Below are positions 45,010 to 55,117 of a stretch of 64,000 nucleotides of DNA, one piece after another (positions within the stretch are counted from its first letter, which is position 1; the number at the start of each line of letters is the position of its first letter). Source of the stretch: an uncultured Trueperaceae bacterium. GTDB taxonomy: Bacteria > Deinococcota > Deinococci > Deinococcales > Trueperaceae. Made by a program: the position numbers and the translations under genes. Location of the stretch: the NCBI GenBank assembly GCA_963727505.1, contig CAVSGP010000015.1, forward strand, positions 1 to 64,000, given 5' to 3'. Below the pieces are notes generated by a model, which was not told the origin of the DNA, searched no databases, and saw nothing but the letters and a program-made list of their open reading frames with translations.

Positions 45010-45675
45010 GTGGAGGGGAGGTTCTCCTTGCACTCGTTCGCCGACGCCACCCCCGCGGAGCCCGTCTGGCGCGCGCATGTCGCCGCGCTGCAGGACACCG
45101 CGCTGCAGGACACCGCGCCACAGGACACCGCGCCACAGGACACCGACGCCACCGTCCTTCTCCTCGTCTCCCGCGACACCGGTCTGGCCTCGGCCCTCCT
45201 GGACGGGACCTTTCCCGGCGCCCTCCGACTCCACATGGTGCGCACGCCCGCGGCGGCCCTCGCATTCCTCGCCCGGCACTCTCCCGACGCGGTCGTCCTC
45301 GATGCCGCCACTTGCCTCCCGGAGGAGCCGCGGCTCTCGGGCGACCTGGCCTTCGTGCTGCGCCGCCGCAACGTGCCGCTGGTCGTCGCGACCCCGGCGG
45401 GGCGAGCAGCTCAGGCCTTCCTGCGGACGTGCGCCGGGCGGGCTGGGTCGGGCGGCAGGTTGGGGGAGCACGCTTTGGGGTCTCCGGGGGGTCTTCGGGG
45501 CCCCTGGGTCGAAGGTAAAGCCTGGCTTCCAGACCGGGCCCTGGCAGGCGACCGCCCCGGGCCCGGCACGCCGTCCCGCGCCACCACCACGCCCGGGTCT
45601 CGAGCGATCGCGGGGCCGGACGGAGCGTTCATCGCCCTCCCCCACGCGCGATCATCCTGCGAAAGCCCCCCTTGA
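45010..45675 (+). CDS. Possible degenerate receiver-domain protein or remnant
   Basis: ALAFLARHSPDAVVLD..VPLVVAT resembles REC; in-frame 15-bp repeats; 3' part runs through a repeat element. Confidence 0.35.
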   Translation: MEGRFSLHSFADATPAEPVWRAHVAALQDTALQDTAPQDTAPQDTDATVLLLVSRDTGLASALLDGTFPGALRLHMVRTPAAALAFLARHSPDAVVLDAATCLPEEPRLSGDLAFVLRRRNVPLVVATPAGRAAQAFLRTCAGRAGSGGRLGEHALGSPGGLRGPWVEGKAWLPDRALAGDRPGPGTPSRATTTPGSRAIAGPDGAFIALPHARSSCESPP

Positions 45676-45818
45676 CGTTGCACCCCGACACCCCGGAGCA
45701 CCCCCTCCAAGCCCCCGCAGCGCCGAACGCAACGTCCAACGCAACGCCGAAGAAGGCGTCGAACGCAACTTCGAAAGTCCAGCTTTACGTTGCACCCCAG
45801 CCCCGCGGAACACCCCCC
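45486..45818. repeat. Three copies of the dispersed ~45-bp element (45486-45530 reverse; 45661-45705 and 45773-45818 forward)
   Basis: GGGGGGTCTTCGGGGCCCCTGGGTCGAAGGTAAAGCCTGG; GAAAG..CTTGACGTTGCACCCC..GGAGCACCCCC; GAAAG..CTTTACGTTGCACCCC..GGAACACCCCCC. Confidence 0.72.
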
Positions 45819-45908
45819 GCACCCTCCGGTGCGCCACCCAATGCGCCACCCGCGGCGCCACCCGCGGCGCCATCCGCGGCCCCACCCGCGGCGCCCGAGC
45901 GCCCCGCC

Positions 45909-46268
45909 CTACTGTGCCGGCTGGTAGCGCAACACCCGCACGTTCTCGACAGTGATGAGCCCGCCGCCCTTCAGCAGGCGCTCGAGCCGCTCGACCAGGG
46001 CGTCGACGCGCTCGGCGCTGTCCACCACCTCGATCACCACCGGAAGGTCGCCCGACAGCCTCCAGGGCTCGGGGCGGTGGATGACGCTGTCCGCGCCGTA
46101 GCCGATCGAGCCGTGCAGGACGGTCGCGCCGGCCAGACCCAGCTCGCGGGCGGCCTCGACCACGGCCCGGAACGCCGGGATCCCTCCCGCCCGGTCGCGC
46201 TCACCCAGGAACACGCGCAGGAGCCGGCCGGTGGGAGCCTCGTCGCCCAGCTTCACGGTGGCTGTCAT
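45909..46268 (-). CDS. DUF190 (PII-like) protein
   Basis: LRVFLGE, GLAGATV..GYG, LSGDLPVVIEVVD, GLITVE. Confidence 0.9.
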   Translation of the reverse strand: MTATVKLGDEAPTGRLLRVFLGERDRAGGIPAFRAVVEAARELGLAGATVLHGSIGYGADSVIHRPEPWRLSGDLPVVIEVVDSAERVDALVERLERLLKGGGLITVENVRVLRYQPAQ

Positions 46269-46384
46269 GGTGGGCTCAGCCTAGCACCGGCCCCACGGAA
46301 TCCGGCCCCACAGAATCCGGCCCCACAGAATCCGGCCCACAGGATCCGGCCCCCCCAGAACCCTTTCCCTCAGCACCCGTTCCC

Positions 46385-46864
46385 TCAGAACGACGACGGC
46401 CGCGTCCCCAGGGCTCGCCCCGAGAAGCTGACCGCCCACGCGCCGGCGCGGCGCAGCTCGCCGTGAAGGATGGCCCCGGGCCCCTCGGACGCCATGAAGC
46501 TCGTCGGCGGGCTGATGACGTGCGCCCCCTTGCGGCTCAGGCGCTGCGCCAGCCCGCTGGCAGTCGACCCCATCATCCACTTCGCCCCGGGCCGCCAGGT
46601 GTCGAACGCCACGGCCAGCTTGCCCTTCAGGGCGTCGGCCGGCAACCGCTCGATGAAGTGCTGCAGATGGTGGATCTCCTCCAGGTGGCCGTGCGTGGGT
46701 GCGCCGATGACGATCAGGTCGGCCTCCAGCAGGGCGTCGCGCTGCGCCTGGAAGGGGCCTGCGATCACCCGCACCGGGCCGAACGGCTCCAGCGTTCGCG
46801 CCACGGCCCGTGCGACGTGCCCCGACGTGTCGCAGGTCGGGTCGTACAGAACCACCGTCTGCAT
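46385..46864 (-). CDS. Flavodoxin-like protein
   Basis: DLIVIGAPTH, AFDT, GELRRAGAWA; AGGAGGAG RBS. Confidence 0.8.
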   Translation of the reverse strand: MQTVVLYDPTCDTSGHVARAVARTLEPFGPVRVIAGPFQAQRDALLEADLIVIGAPTHGHLEEIHHLQHFIERLPADALKGKLAVAFDTWRPGAKWMMGSTASGLAQRLSRKGAHVISPPTSFMASEGPGAILHGELRRAGAWAVSFSGRALGTRPSSF

Positions 46865-47099
46865 GTGCTCCTCCTAGGACCCGAACGCTGGAGCGACGGC
46901 TGCATCGCCCGCGCGCGGAGAGCGGCGACCCCCTTCGAGACAACGCGAGATTTGGGGGAGTGTAGGGACGCGGGAGGGGCCCGAACAAGGGCGCTTTGTC
47001 CCGCACGGGCTTCATGAGCCGAGGCCCGGTCGGCGCTGTGCGGTATGACTCTCGGCATGAGGGCCGAAGCCGGGGACGCGCCGTGACGGCAGGCCGTCC

Positions 47100-48008
47100 G
47101 TGACCGACGCCCTGCTGCAGGTCGGGCTGCTCATCGGGCTCGGTTTCCTGCTGCGGCGCTCGAACTTCCTAGAGCCCACCTTCTGGCGCAACTTCGAGCG
47201 CATGGTCTACTTCGTGCTCCTGCCGGTGCTGGTGTTCCAGGTGCTGGCCGACGCCTCCGTCGACAGCTCGGTGGCCGCGCGCCTCTCCGGTGCGGTAGCG
47301 CTCTCCATCCTGCTGCTGGCGCTGCTCCTGGTGCTGGTGAGGCGCCGCGTCGGTCTCTCCGGTCCGGCCTTCACCTCGGTGTTCCAGGGCAGCGTGCGCT
47401 TCAACAGCTACGTGGCGCTGGCCGTCATCCCGGCGGTGTTCGGCAAGGGCGGGCTCGAGCTGCTGGCCATCCTCATCGCCGTGGTCGTGCCGCTGGTGAA
47501 CGTCCTCAGCGTGTTGATGCTGTCCGTCTTCGCCGGGGGCCCCTCCCCCACCCCCTGGCGGGTGGTGCGCTCGATCGCCACGAACCCGCTGATCGTGGCC
47601 AGCGTGCTCGGCATCCTCGCCAACCTCTCCCTCCACGGCCTGCCCGGCACGCTGGACGGCGCGCTGTCGGTGCTCGCCCGCGCCGCCCTGCCATCGGGGC
47701 TGATGGCGGTGGGCGCGGCCCTCGTGCCGGGCGCGTTCCGCTCACACGCCCGCGGCCTGAGCGTGTCGCTGGCCGCGCGCTTCGCGCTGCTGCCCGTCCT
47801 GTCCTTCGGCGTCGGCACGCTGTTCCACCTGCCGGCCGAGGCACTGGGCGTGCTGGTCCTGTTCCAGGCGCAGCCCACCGCCACCTCGGCCTACCTGCTC
47901 GCCCGCCAGCTCGGCGGCGACGCCGAGCTGATGGCCAGCATCATCACCGGCCAGACGCTGCTGGCGTTCGGCGTGCTGCCGGTGGTGGTGGCCCTGGTGC
48001 CGGGCTGA
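47100..48008 (+). CDS. AEC (auxin efflux carrier) family transporter
   Basis: VYFVLLP, FQGSVRFNSY, NPLI, PTATSAYLLARQLGGD. Confidence 0.9.
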   Translation: MTDALLQVGLLIGLGFLLRRSNFLEPTFWRNFERMVYFVLLPVLVFQVLADASVDSSVAARLSGAVALSILLLALLLVLVRRRVGLSGPAFTSVFQGSVRFNSYVALAVIPAVFGKGGLELLAILIAVVVPLVNVLSVLMLSVFAGGPSPTPWRVVRSIATNPLIVASVLGILANLSLHGLPGTLDGALSVLARAALPSGLMAVGAALVPGAFRSHARGLSVSLAARFALLPVLSFGVGTLFHLPAEALGVLVLFQAQPTATSAYLLARQLGGDAELMASIITGQTLLAFGVLPVVVALVPG

Positions 48009-48205
48009 GCTACCGGGTCGAGCTGCCGGCGTGAACCATCAGCGTGAACCATCAGCACCAACCGTCAACGCCAACCGTCAACGTGAGCCCCGAAGCCACC
48101 GCGCCGGCAGGAGGCCGGGACTCGACCCTCCGCGCGACCGGCGCGACATTCAGCCCGCGGACCTCAGGCGGCGGACCTCAGCCCGCGTACCTCAGACCGC
48201 GTACC

Positions 48206-48715
48206 TCAGCGCCACTCCCCGGCGTACTCGAGACGCAGCGGCTGCACCTCGCGCGCCCAGAAGTCGTAGTGCAGCTTGGCGATCTGCCGCACGTGCAGCA
48301 GGTCGTGGGCCACCCAGGCCGCGAGCAGCTCGCCGGCGCTGCGGCCGGTGGGCGAGACGACCCGCAGATCGGGGGACTCCAGAGTGCCGAGCCACGCCAG
48401 CGAGGCTCGGCGCTCGACCACGAAGCTCTCCAGCGAGGGCTCCAGCTCGCGCTCGTTGTAGCGGCGCTCGACGACCCAGCGAGGCGGGTCGATCGGAGCC
48501 ACGGGCTCGTCCGGCCGTTCCAGCAGGTGCCGGAAGCGGTCGCGGAAGTCCTCGCGTTCCTCGTCGTACAGGTGGTTGACGACCTCCACGATCGACCACC
48601 GCTCCGGGCCCGGCTTCCAGCGCGCCTGCGCGTCGCTCACGCCCTTGACGAGATCCTGGATCACCTGCACGGTGGCGGCCAGGCGGGCCGCGGCGCTCTC
48701 AACGGTCACGGACAT
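48206..48715 (-). CDS. DinB family protein
   Basis: WSIVEVVNHLYDEE, WVAHDLLHVRQI His motifs. Confidence 0.88.
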   Translation of the reverse strand: MSVTVESAAARLAATVQVIQDLVKGVSDAQARWKPGPERWSIVEVVNHLYDEEREDFRDRFRHLLERPDEPVAPIDPPRWVVERRYNERELEPSLESFVVERRASLAWLGTLESPDLRVVSPTGRSAGELLAAWVAHDLLHVRQIAKLHYDFWAREVQPLRLEYAGEWR

Positions 48716-48952
48716 CGTGGACGCAGTCTAGCCCGGCGGACCGCCGGTGCCGCGCCGCCAACGCTGCATTCCTGCCATGCCGGCGCCGTGCCGGACCGGG
48801 CGCGTCCTCACCGCGATCGCACCGGCACCCGCAGTACGCACCCGGAGTACCATGACCCCAACGCGACCCGCGCGCCCAGTACGCCACCGATCTTGGCCGA
48901 GAGGGCGCCGGCATCGCGGACCACCACACCTGGGAGGGGGTCGACCCTGGCC

Positions 48953-50473
48953 ATGACACAACCAGACCGTTCGCGACCGGCGGGAGGACGCTGCCGGCTC
49001 GTCCTGCTGGCGTTCATCTGCCTGGCAGCAGCCCTGCTGCCGTCCGCGTTGGCGCAAGACCTCGCGTCGCGCGTGCACACCGCCACCCTCGACAACGGCC
49101 TGCGCATCCTCCTGGTCGAGCAGCACGCCGCACCGGTGGCGAGCTTCGACCTGATGTTCGACGTCGGCGGCATCGACGAGCCGCCGGGCCTGGGCGGCAT
49201 CGCCCACATGGTCGAGCACATGGCCTTCAAGGGCACCGAGACCATCGGGACGGATCACCCGCAGCAGGAGCAGCAGGCGCTCACCGACGTCGAGATCCTC
49301 GCCTACGCCCTGAAGAACGCGCAGGACTCGGGCGACGCGGCGCTCACCGAGCGGCTCCAGCAGGCGTTCCTGGCGGCCCGCAAGCACGCCCAGTCGCTCG
49401 CCTCGCAGGCCCCGCTCGACAGCATCCTGTCGGTCAACGGCGCCGTCGGGCTGAACGCCTCCACCGGCTACGACTACACCCACTACGTGGTGTCGCTGCC
49501 GGCCAACCGCGTGGAGCTCTACGCCCGCATCTATGCCGACGAGATGGCGAACGCGGTGTTCCGCTCCTTCTACGAGGAACGCGACGTGGTGCGCGAGGAG
49601 CGGCGGCAGCGCAGCGAGGACGACCCTCAGGGAGTCCTGTTCGAGGCGTTCCTGGGCGAGGCCTTCAAGGGCACGCCCTACGCGCGCCCGTTGATCGGCT
49701 CCGCCTCGGCCATCGAGGGCTACACGGCCACCCAGGCGCACGCCTTCTACCAGTCCTTCTACGCCCCCGACCGCGCGGTGCTGGTGGCGGTCGGTGACCT
49801 CGACCCGGTCAAGGACATGGCCACGCTCGAGAAGTACTTCGGCGCGGTGCCCGCCCACCCCACCCTGAACACGAAGTTCCCGACGCCGCCTGCCCAGACC
49901 GCCGAGCGGCGCGTGTCGGTGACCTTCGATGCGCAGCCGCAGCTCGTCATCGGCTACCACAAGCCCACCTACCCGTCGCGTGAAGCCTACGTGCTCGACC
50001 TGGTCGACGCGCTGCTCGGCAACGGGCGCACGTCGCGGCTGTACAAGCGCCTGGTGGTGCAGGACCAGGTGGCGGCCGGCGTCAGCACCGCCAGCAGCTT
50101 CCCCGGCACGCGCCTGCCCGACGTCTTCATCGTCTACGCCCTGCCGCGCGCCCCGCACACCACCGCGGACGTGGAGGCGGCGGTCTACGACGAGTTGAGC
50201 AAGCTGGCCAGCCAGCCGGTCGGGGAGCGTGAGCTGCAGAAGGTCAAGAACCTGGTGCGGGCCGACACCCTGCGCACCTGGTCGTCGAACGCCGGCCTGG
50301 CGCAGAACCTCGCCTACAACGAGCTCTTCGCCGGCGGCTGGCAGCACCTGATGAGCGATCTCGACACCTACGACTCGGTCACGGCCGCGGAGATCCAGGC
50401 GGTGGCCCGGAAGGTGTTCGCGGCCCGGAACCGCACCGTGGCGGTGCTCGAGCCGCCGAAGGGAGGCAACTGA
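48953..50473 (+). CDS. M16 family zinc peptidase, active subunit, with signal peptide
   Basis: LDNGL, HMVEH (HxxEH), NAST, ERDVVREE. Confidence 0.92.
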   Translation: MTQPDRSRPAGGRCRLVLLAFICLAAALLPSALAQDLASRVHTATLDNGLRILLVEQHAAPVASFDLMFDVGGIDEPPGLGGIAHMVEHMAFKGTETIGTDHPQQEQQALTDVEILAYALKNAQDSGDAALTERLQQAFLAARKHAQSLASQAPLDSILSVNGAVGLNASTGYDYTHYVVSLPANRVELYARIYADEMANAVFRSFYEERDVVREERRQRSEDDPQGVLFEAFLGEAFKGTPYARPLIGSASAIEGYTATQAHAFYQSFYAPDRAVLVAVGDLDPVKDMATLEKYFGAVPAHPTLNTKFPTPPAQTAERRVSVTFDAQPQLVIGYHKPTYPSREAYVLDLVDALLGNGRTSRLYKRLVVQDQVAAGVSTASSFPGTRLPDVFIVYALPRAPHTTADVEAAVYDELSKLASQPVGERELQKVKNLVRADTLRTWSSNAGLAQNLAYNELFAGGWQHLMSDLDTYDSVTAAEIQAVARKVFAARNRTVAVLEPPKGGN

Positions 50474-51909
50474 TGCGCCGCGCCCTGGCGCTGGCACGGA
50501 CCGCGCTCGCCCTGGCGGCACTGGCGGCCCTGGCGCCGGCACGGACCGCGCAAGCGCAACCCGCGAGCTGGCCGGATCCGACCGCCATGACCTTCCCGCC
50601 CATCCAGTTCCAGGCCCCCGCCCCCCAGAAGGCCGTGCTCTCCAACGGCATCACCGTCTACCTGGCCGAGGATCACGCGCTGCCGCTGGTGCGCGGCGTG
50701 GCCTACGTGGAGGCGCCCAGCGTCTACGACCCGCCCGGCAAGACCGGGCTGGCGAGCTTCACCGCCCAGCTGCTGCGTGACGGCGGTGCCGGCGGGCGCA
50801 CGCCCGACGCCATCGACGAGCAGCTGGCGTACCTGGGCGCGTCGGTCGAGGCGAGCTCGTCCGATGTCTACGCCGCCGTGTCGTTCTCCGCCCTGGCCAG
50901 CAACGTCGATCAGGTGCTGCCCCTGTGGCAGGACGTGCTCACCAGGCCCGACTTCGCACAGGGGCGCATCGACATCGAGCGCCAGCGCCAGCTCGAGGCG
51001 ATCCGGCGGGTGGTGGACAACCCGGTGCAGCTCGCGGTGCGCGAGTTCTCCTACCGCGTCGCCGAGGGGCACCCGTCGGGCGCCTATCCCACCGCCGACA
51101 CCATCGACGCCATCCAGCGCAGCGACCTCGTCGCCTTCCACGACGCCTACTACGCGCCGGCCTCGACGGTGGTGGCCATCACCGGCGACTTCGACGCCGC
51201 GCAGATGCTCGGGACGCTCGAGGCCACGCTGGGGACCTGGCGGCACCCGCTGAAGAGCGCGCCGCAGCTCCCCGCGTTCAACCAGCACCCCACGCCGAAG
51301 GTCTACTTCGTGCAGAAGGACGTGCAGCAATCGATCATCCTGGTCGGCCAGCCGGCCATGAAGGCCTACACCCCGAGCTACAACGCCTTCACCGTCGCCA
51401 ACCAGATCCTCGGCGCCGGCGGCTTCACCAGCCGGCTGTTCACCGACATCCGCACCAAGCGCGGCCTGGCCTACAGCACCGGCTCGCAGCTCACCCAGGG
51501 CTTCGACTACCCGGGCACCTTCCTGACCTACGCCTTCACCCGCGCCGACGCCACCGGCCAGGTGCTGCACCTGCTCCTGGACGAGATCGGCCGCCTGGGC
51601 ACGGACGGCGTGACACCCGCCGAGGTGGCGCAGGCGCGCGAGCAGATCGTCAACCAGGCGCTGTTCCGTGACACCTCGGTGGCGGCCACCACCGAGCGCA
51701 CCGCCCGGGTCCAGCTCCTCGGTCTACCCGACGGCTACTTCCAGACCTTCCTGAACACGGTCCAGGGCATCACCCCGGCCGAGGTGCAGGCCGCGGCGAA
51801 GCAGGTCCTCGACCCCAGCGGCCTGGTGATCATGGTGGTGGGCAACGCCAGCGCCTTCGACGAACCGCTGAGCGACTTCGGGGTCGTGGAGAGCATCCCG
51901 CTGCAGTAG
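50473..51909 (+). CDS. M16 family peptidase, non-catalytic partner subunit
   Basis: LSNGI; no HxxEH; SRLFTDIRTKRGLAYS; signal peptide; coupled to the upstream gene. Confidence 0.9.
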   Translation: MRRALALARTALALAALAALAPARTAQAQPASWPDPTAMTFPPIQFQAPAPQKAVLSNGITVYLAEDHALPLVRGVAYVEAPSVYDPPGKTGLASFTAQLLRDGGAGGRTPDAIDEQLAYLGASVEASSSDVYAAVSFSALASNVDQVLPLWQDVLTRPDFAQGRIDIERQRQLEAIRRVVDNPVQLAVREFSYRVAEGHPSGAYPTADTIDAIQRSDLVAFHDAYYAPASTVVAITGDFDAAQMLGTLEATLGTWRHPLKSAPQLPAFNQHPTPKVYFVQKDVQQSIILVGQPAMKAYTPSYNAFTVANQILGAGGFTSRLFTDIRTKRGLAYSTGSQLTQGFDYPGTFLTYAFTRADATGQVLHLLLDEIGRLGTDGVTPAEVAQAREQIVNQALFRDTSVAATTERTARVQLLGLPDGYFQTFLNTVQGITPAEVQAAAKQVLDPSGLVIMVVGNASAFDEPLSDFGVVESIPLQ

Positions 51910-51924
51910 AACGTCCGCCCGCGT

Positions 51925-51966
51925 GGGAACGGCCCGGCGCGCCAGGTGGTGCGCCGGGCCGTTCCC
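51925..51966 (+). terminator. GC hairpin after the M16 operon
   Basis: GGGAACGGCCCGGCGCGCCA-GG-TGGTGCGCCGGGCCGTTCCC; no U-tract. Confidence 0.55.
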
Positions 51967-52252
51967 TGGGGCAGGTAGGCGGGCTCGTTCCCGGCGGCGG
52001 CGGCGGCCGAGCTGCCGATCTGTGAGCCGTGGCGGCGGTTCGCGCGCGACCCGCAGCGGCGGCCGAAACGCTCCCCTCTGGCACGGACGGTATGTCTGAT
52101 TCCCGCCATACCAGGGTGGGAATCAGATGGTGGTATGCGCCTGAGTACCCATAACGAGGCGAACAACCTTGCATCCGGGGCATTTGTCCCACTATGGTTG
52201 GGGGGTATTTGAAACCTTAAGGCTTGATGAAGCCGCGAACGGGAGGCAATCG

Positions 52253-54277
52253 ATGGCTGACAAGCGGACCCCCGATCAGACCGGTCTCGACGTGCTGTGG
52301 CGAGAGGAGGACTACTTCCACCCCTCTGCCAAGTTCATCGGGCAGGCGAACCTCACCGACCCGTCGATCTTCGACCGCTTCGCGCTCGAGAACATCCCCG
52401 AGGCGTTCCGCGAGTACGCCGACCTCCTCAGCTGGGACAAGTACTGGACCCAGACCATCGATACCAGCGATCCGCCCTTCTGGAAGTGGTTCGTCGGAGG
52501 GCGTCTGAACGCGGCGTACAACTGCGTCGACCGCCATCTCGAGAGCAGCCGCAACAAGACGGCCATCCATTTCGTGGCCGAGCCCGAAGAAGAAGCCATC
52601 CAGCACATCACCTACCAGGAGCTGTGGGTGCGCGTCAACGAGTTCGCAGCCCTGCTCAAGGACATGGGGCTGAAGGCCGGCGACCGCGTCACCATCCACA
52701 TGCCGATGGTCCCCGAGCTGCCCATCACCATGCTGGCGTGCGCACGACTGGGCGTCATCCACTCGGTGGTGTTCGGCGGCTTCAGCGGCAAGGCCGCGGC
52801 CGAGCGCGCCGAGGACTCGCAGAGCCGGCTCCTCATCAGCATGGACAGCTACTGGCGCGCCGGCAAGCTCCTCGACCACAAGGAGAAGGCCGACATCGCC
52901 TACGACGAGGCCGAGAAGCTGGGGCACAAGCTCGAGGCGGTGCTGGTCTGGCAGCGCTACCCGGGCAAGTACTCGAGCCCCACGGCCCTGGTGAAGGGCC
53001 GCGACGTGGTCGTCAACGAGCGCCTGGAGGCGCTGAAGGGCAAGCGCGTCAAGGCGGTCTCCATGCCGGCCGAAGCGCCGCTGTTCCTGATGTACACCAG
53101 CGGCACCACCGGGCGCCCCAAGGGCATGCAGCACTCCATCGGCGGCTACCTCTCCTACGTCACCGGCACCTCCAAGTTCATCCAGGACATCCAGCCCGAA
53201 GACGTCTACTGGTGCATGGCCGACATCGGCTGGATCACCGGTCACTCCTACATCGTCTACGGGCCGCTGTCCCTGGGCGCCTCCTCGGTGATGTACGAGG
53301 GCGCGCCGACCTTCCCCGACCCCGGCCGCCCCTGGCGCATCGCTCAGGAGCTCGGCGTCACCATCTTCCACACCTCCCCCACCGCGGTGCGCTCGCTGCG
53401 CAAGGTGGGGCCCGACGAGCCCGCCAAGTACGAGTTCCACTTCAAGCACATGACCACCGTGGGCGAACCGATCGAGCCCGAGGTGTGGCGCTGGTACTAC
53501 GACACCGTCGGCAAGAAGGAAGCCGTCATCGTCGACACCTGGTGGCAGACCGAGACGGGCGGATTCCTGTGCAGCACCACGCCCGCGCTGCACAAGATGA
53601 AGCCCGGCAGCGCCGGCCCGGCCGTCGCCGGCATCCACCCGATCGTCTACGACGACGACGGCAACGTGGTGCCGATGGGCTCCGGCCGCGCCGGGAACAT
53701 CTGCATCCAGAACCCCTGGCCGGGCCTGGCGCAGACCATCTGGGGACAGCCCGAGCGCTTCGTGGAGACCTACTTCGCGCGCTACTGCAAGGACCGCAGC
53801 AGCACCGACTGGCGCGACTGGCCGTACATGGCCGGCGACGCCGCCATGCAGTCCGCGGACGGCTACTACCGCATCCTGGGCCGCATCGACGACGTCATCA
53901 ACGTGGCCGGGCACCGCCTCGGCACCAAGGAGATCGAGTCCGCTGCGCTGACCGTCAAGGAGGTCGCCGAAGCCGCCGTGGTGGCGGCCAAGGACGAGAT
54001 CAAGGGCGTGGTGCCCGAGCTCTACGTCTCGCTCCAGCCCGGCTACGAGCCCTCGAAGGCGTTGCAGGACAAGATCATCCAGGCGGTCGCGACCGAGCTC
54101 GGCCCGATCGCCAAGCCCCGGAAGGTCTGGATCGTGTCCGATATGCCGAAGACCCGTTCGGGCAAGATCATGCGCCGCGTGCTGCGTTCGCTGAGCGATC
54201 ACGGCGAAGCGGGCGACGTCACTACTCTGGCCAATCCCGAGGTCGTCGAGGCGATCCGCACCCAGGTGAAAGAGTGA
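52253..54277 (+). CDS. acs: Acetate--CoA ligase
   Basis: NCVDRH, YTSGTTGRPKG, DTWWQTETG, PKTRSGKIMRR; GGGAGG RBS. Confidence 0.96.
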   Translation: MADKRTPDQTGLDVLWREEDYFHPSAKFIGQANLTDPSIFDRFALENIPEAFREYADLLSWDKYWTQTIDTSDPPFWKWFVGGRLNAAYNCVDRHLESSRNKTAIHFVAEPEEEAIQHITYQELWVRVNEFAALLKDMGLKAGDRVTIHMPMVPELPITMLACARLGVIHSVVFGGFSGKAAAERAEDSQSRLLISMDSYWRAGKLLDHKEKADIAYDEAEKLGHKLEAVLVWQRYPGKYSSPTALVKGRDVVVNERLEALKGKRVKAVSMPAEAPLFLMYTSGTTGRPKGMQHSIGGYLSYVTGTSKFIQDIQPEDVYWCMADIGWITGHSYIVYGPLSLGASSVMYEGAPTFPDPGRPWRIAQELGVTIFHTSPTAVRSLRKVGPDEPAKYEFHFKHMTTVGEPIEPEVWRWYYDTVGKKEAVIVDTWWQTETGGFLCSTTPALHKMKPGSAGPAVAGIHPIVYDDDGNVVPMGSGRAGNICIQNPWPGLAQTIWGQPERFVETYFARYCKDRSSTDWRDWPYMAGDAAMQSADGYYRILGRIDDVINVAGHRLGTKEIESAALTVKEVAEAAVVAAKDEIKGVVPELYVSLQPGYEPSKALQDKIIQAVATELGPIAKPRKVWIVSDMPKTRSGKIMRRVLRSLSDHGEAGDVTTLANPEVVEAIRTQVKE

Positions 54278-54364
54278 CCGGTGCAACCGTGACGCTAGAG
54301 CGAAGGCCTCGGTGATGGGGGCGACCGCCGTGCCCAGCGGAGGCGCCGTAAGGAGGCGGATCGG

Positions 54365-54946
54365 ATGAACGCAAAGCTCGCCAACCCTGCACCGCTAGGC
54401 CTTGCAGGCTTCGCATTCACCACCTGGATGCTCAGCATGATCAACGTCGGCTGGTTCGACGCCAAGAGCATGGGACTGGTGATCGCCCTGGCGCTGGCCT
54501 ACGGCGGCACGGCACAGATGGTCGCCGGCGTCCTGGAATTCCCGCGCGGCAACACCTTCGGCACCGTGGCGTTCTTCTCCTACGGCTCGTTCTGGTGGTC
54601 GTTCGCCCTGTTCGTGTTCTTCTTCGGGACCGGCGTTTCGGGAGCCTTCGTCGGCTGGTACCTCTTCGTGTGGGGCGTCTTCACCTTCTACATGTGGATC
54701 GCGAGCATGAAGGCCAATACCGCGCTGATGCTGGTGTTCCTGGCGCTGTGGATCACCTTCCTGTTCCTGGCGCTGGGCGAGTGGGGCCTCACCGCCTTCC
54801 ACACCATCGGCGGCTACGTGGGCCTGATCACCGCCGTGCTGGCGTTCTACCTGTCCGCGGCAGAAGTCATCAACGAGTCCTACGGCCGCACCGTGCTGCC
54901 CATCTCGGGCGGCGCGTCCGCGCAGAAGGCGGCGGCCGGGGACTGA
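54365..54946 (+). CDS. satP: Acetate uptake transporter (GPR1/FUN34/YaaH)
   Basis: ANPAPLGLAGF, GNTFG..FFSYGSFW; follows acs. Confidence 0.93.
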   Translation: MNAKLANPAPLGLAGFAFTTWMLSMINVGWFDAKSMGLVIALALAYGGTAQMVAGVLEFPRGNTFGTVAFFSYGSFWWSFALFVFFFGTGVSGAFVGWYLFVWGVFTFYMWIASMKANTALMLVFLALWITFLFLALGEWGLTAFHTIGGYVGLITAVLAFYLSAAEVINESYGRTVLPISGGASAQKAAAGD

Positions 54947-54963
54947 ACCTTCGGGACGACCCG

Positions 54964-55034
54964 CGTTGCGCGCCGCCGGTCGGCGGCGCGCAACGGTGAG
55001 CCGACCGGGAGCGCGCGGGGGCGCGCTCCCGGTC
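54964..55034. terminator. Two tandem hairpins between convergent satP and GH36 genes
   Basis: CGTTGCGCGCCGCC..GGCGGCGCGCAACG and GACCGGGAGCGCGC..GCGCGCTCCCGGTC. Confidence 0.55.
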
Positions 55035-55117
55035 TGGTGTTGTCGGCCCTCGGCGGCGGGCGTCATCACGCGAGCGCCACCACGCAGGCGCCACCACGCG
55101 GGCACGAGAGCCGGCGT

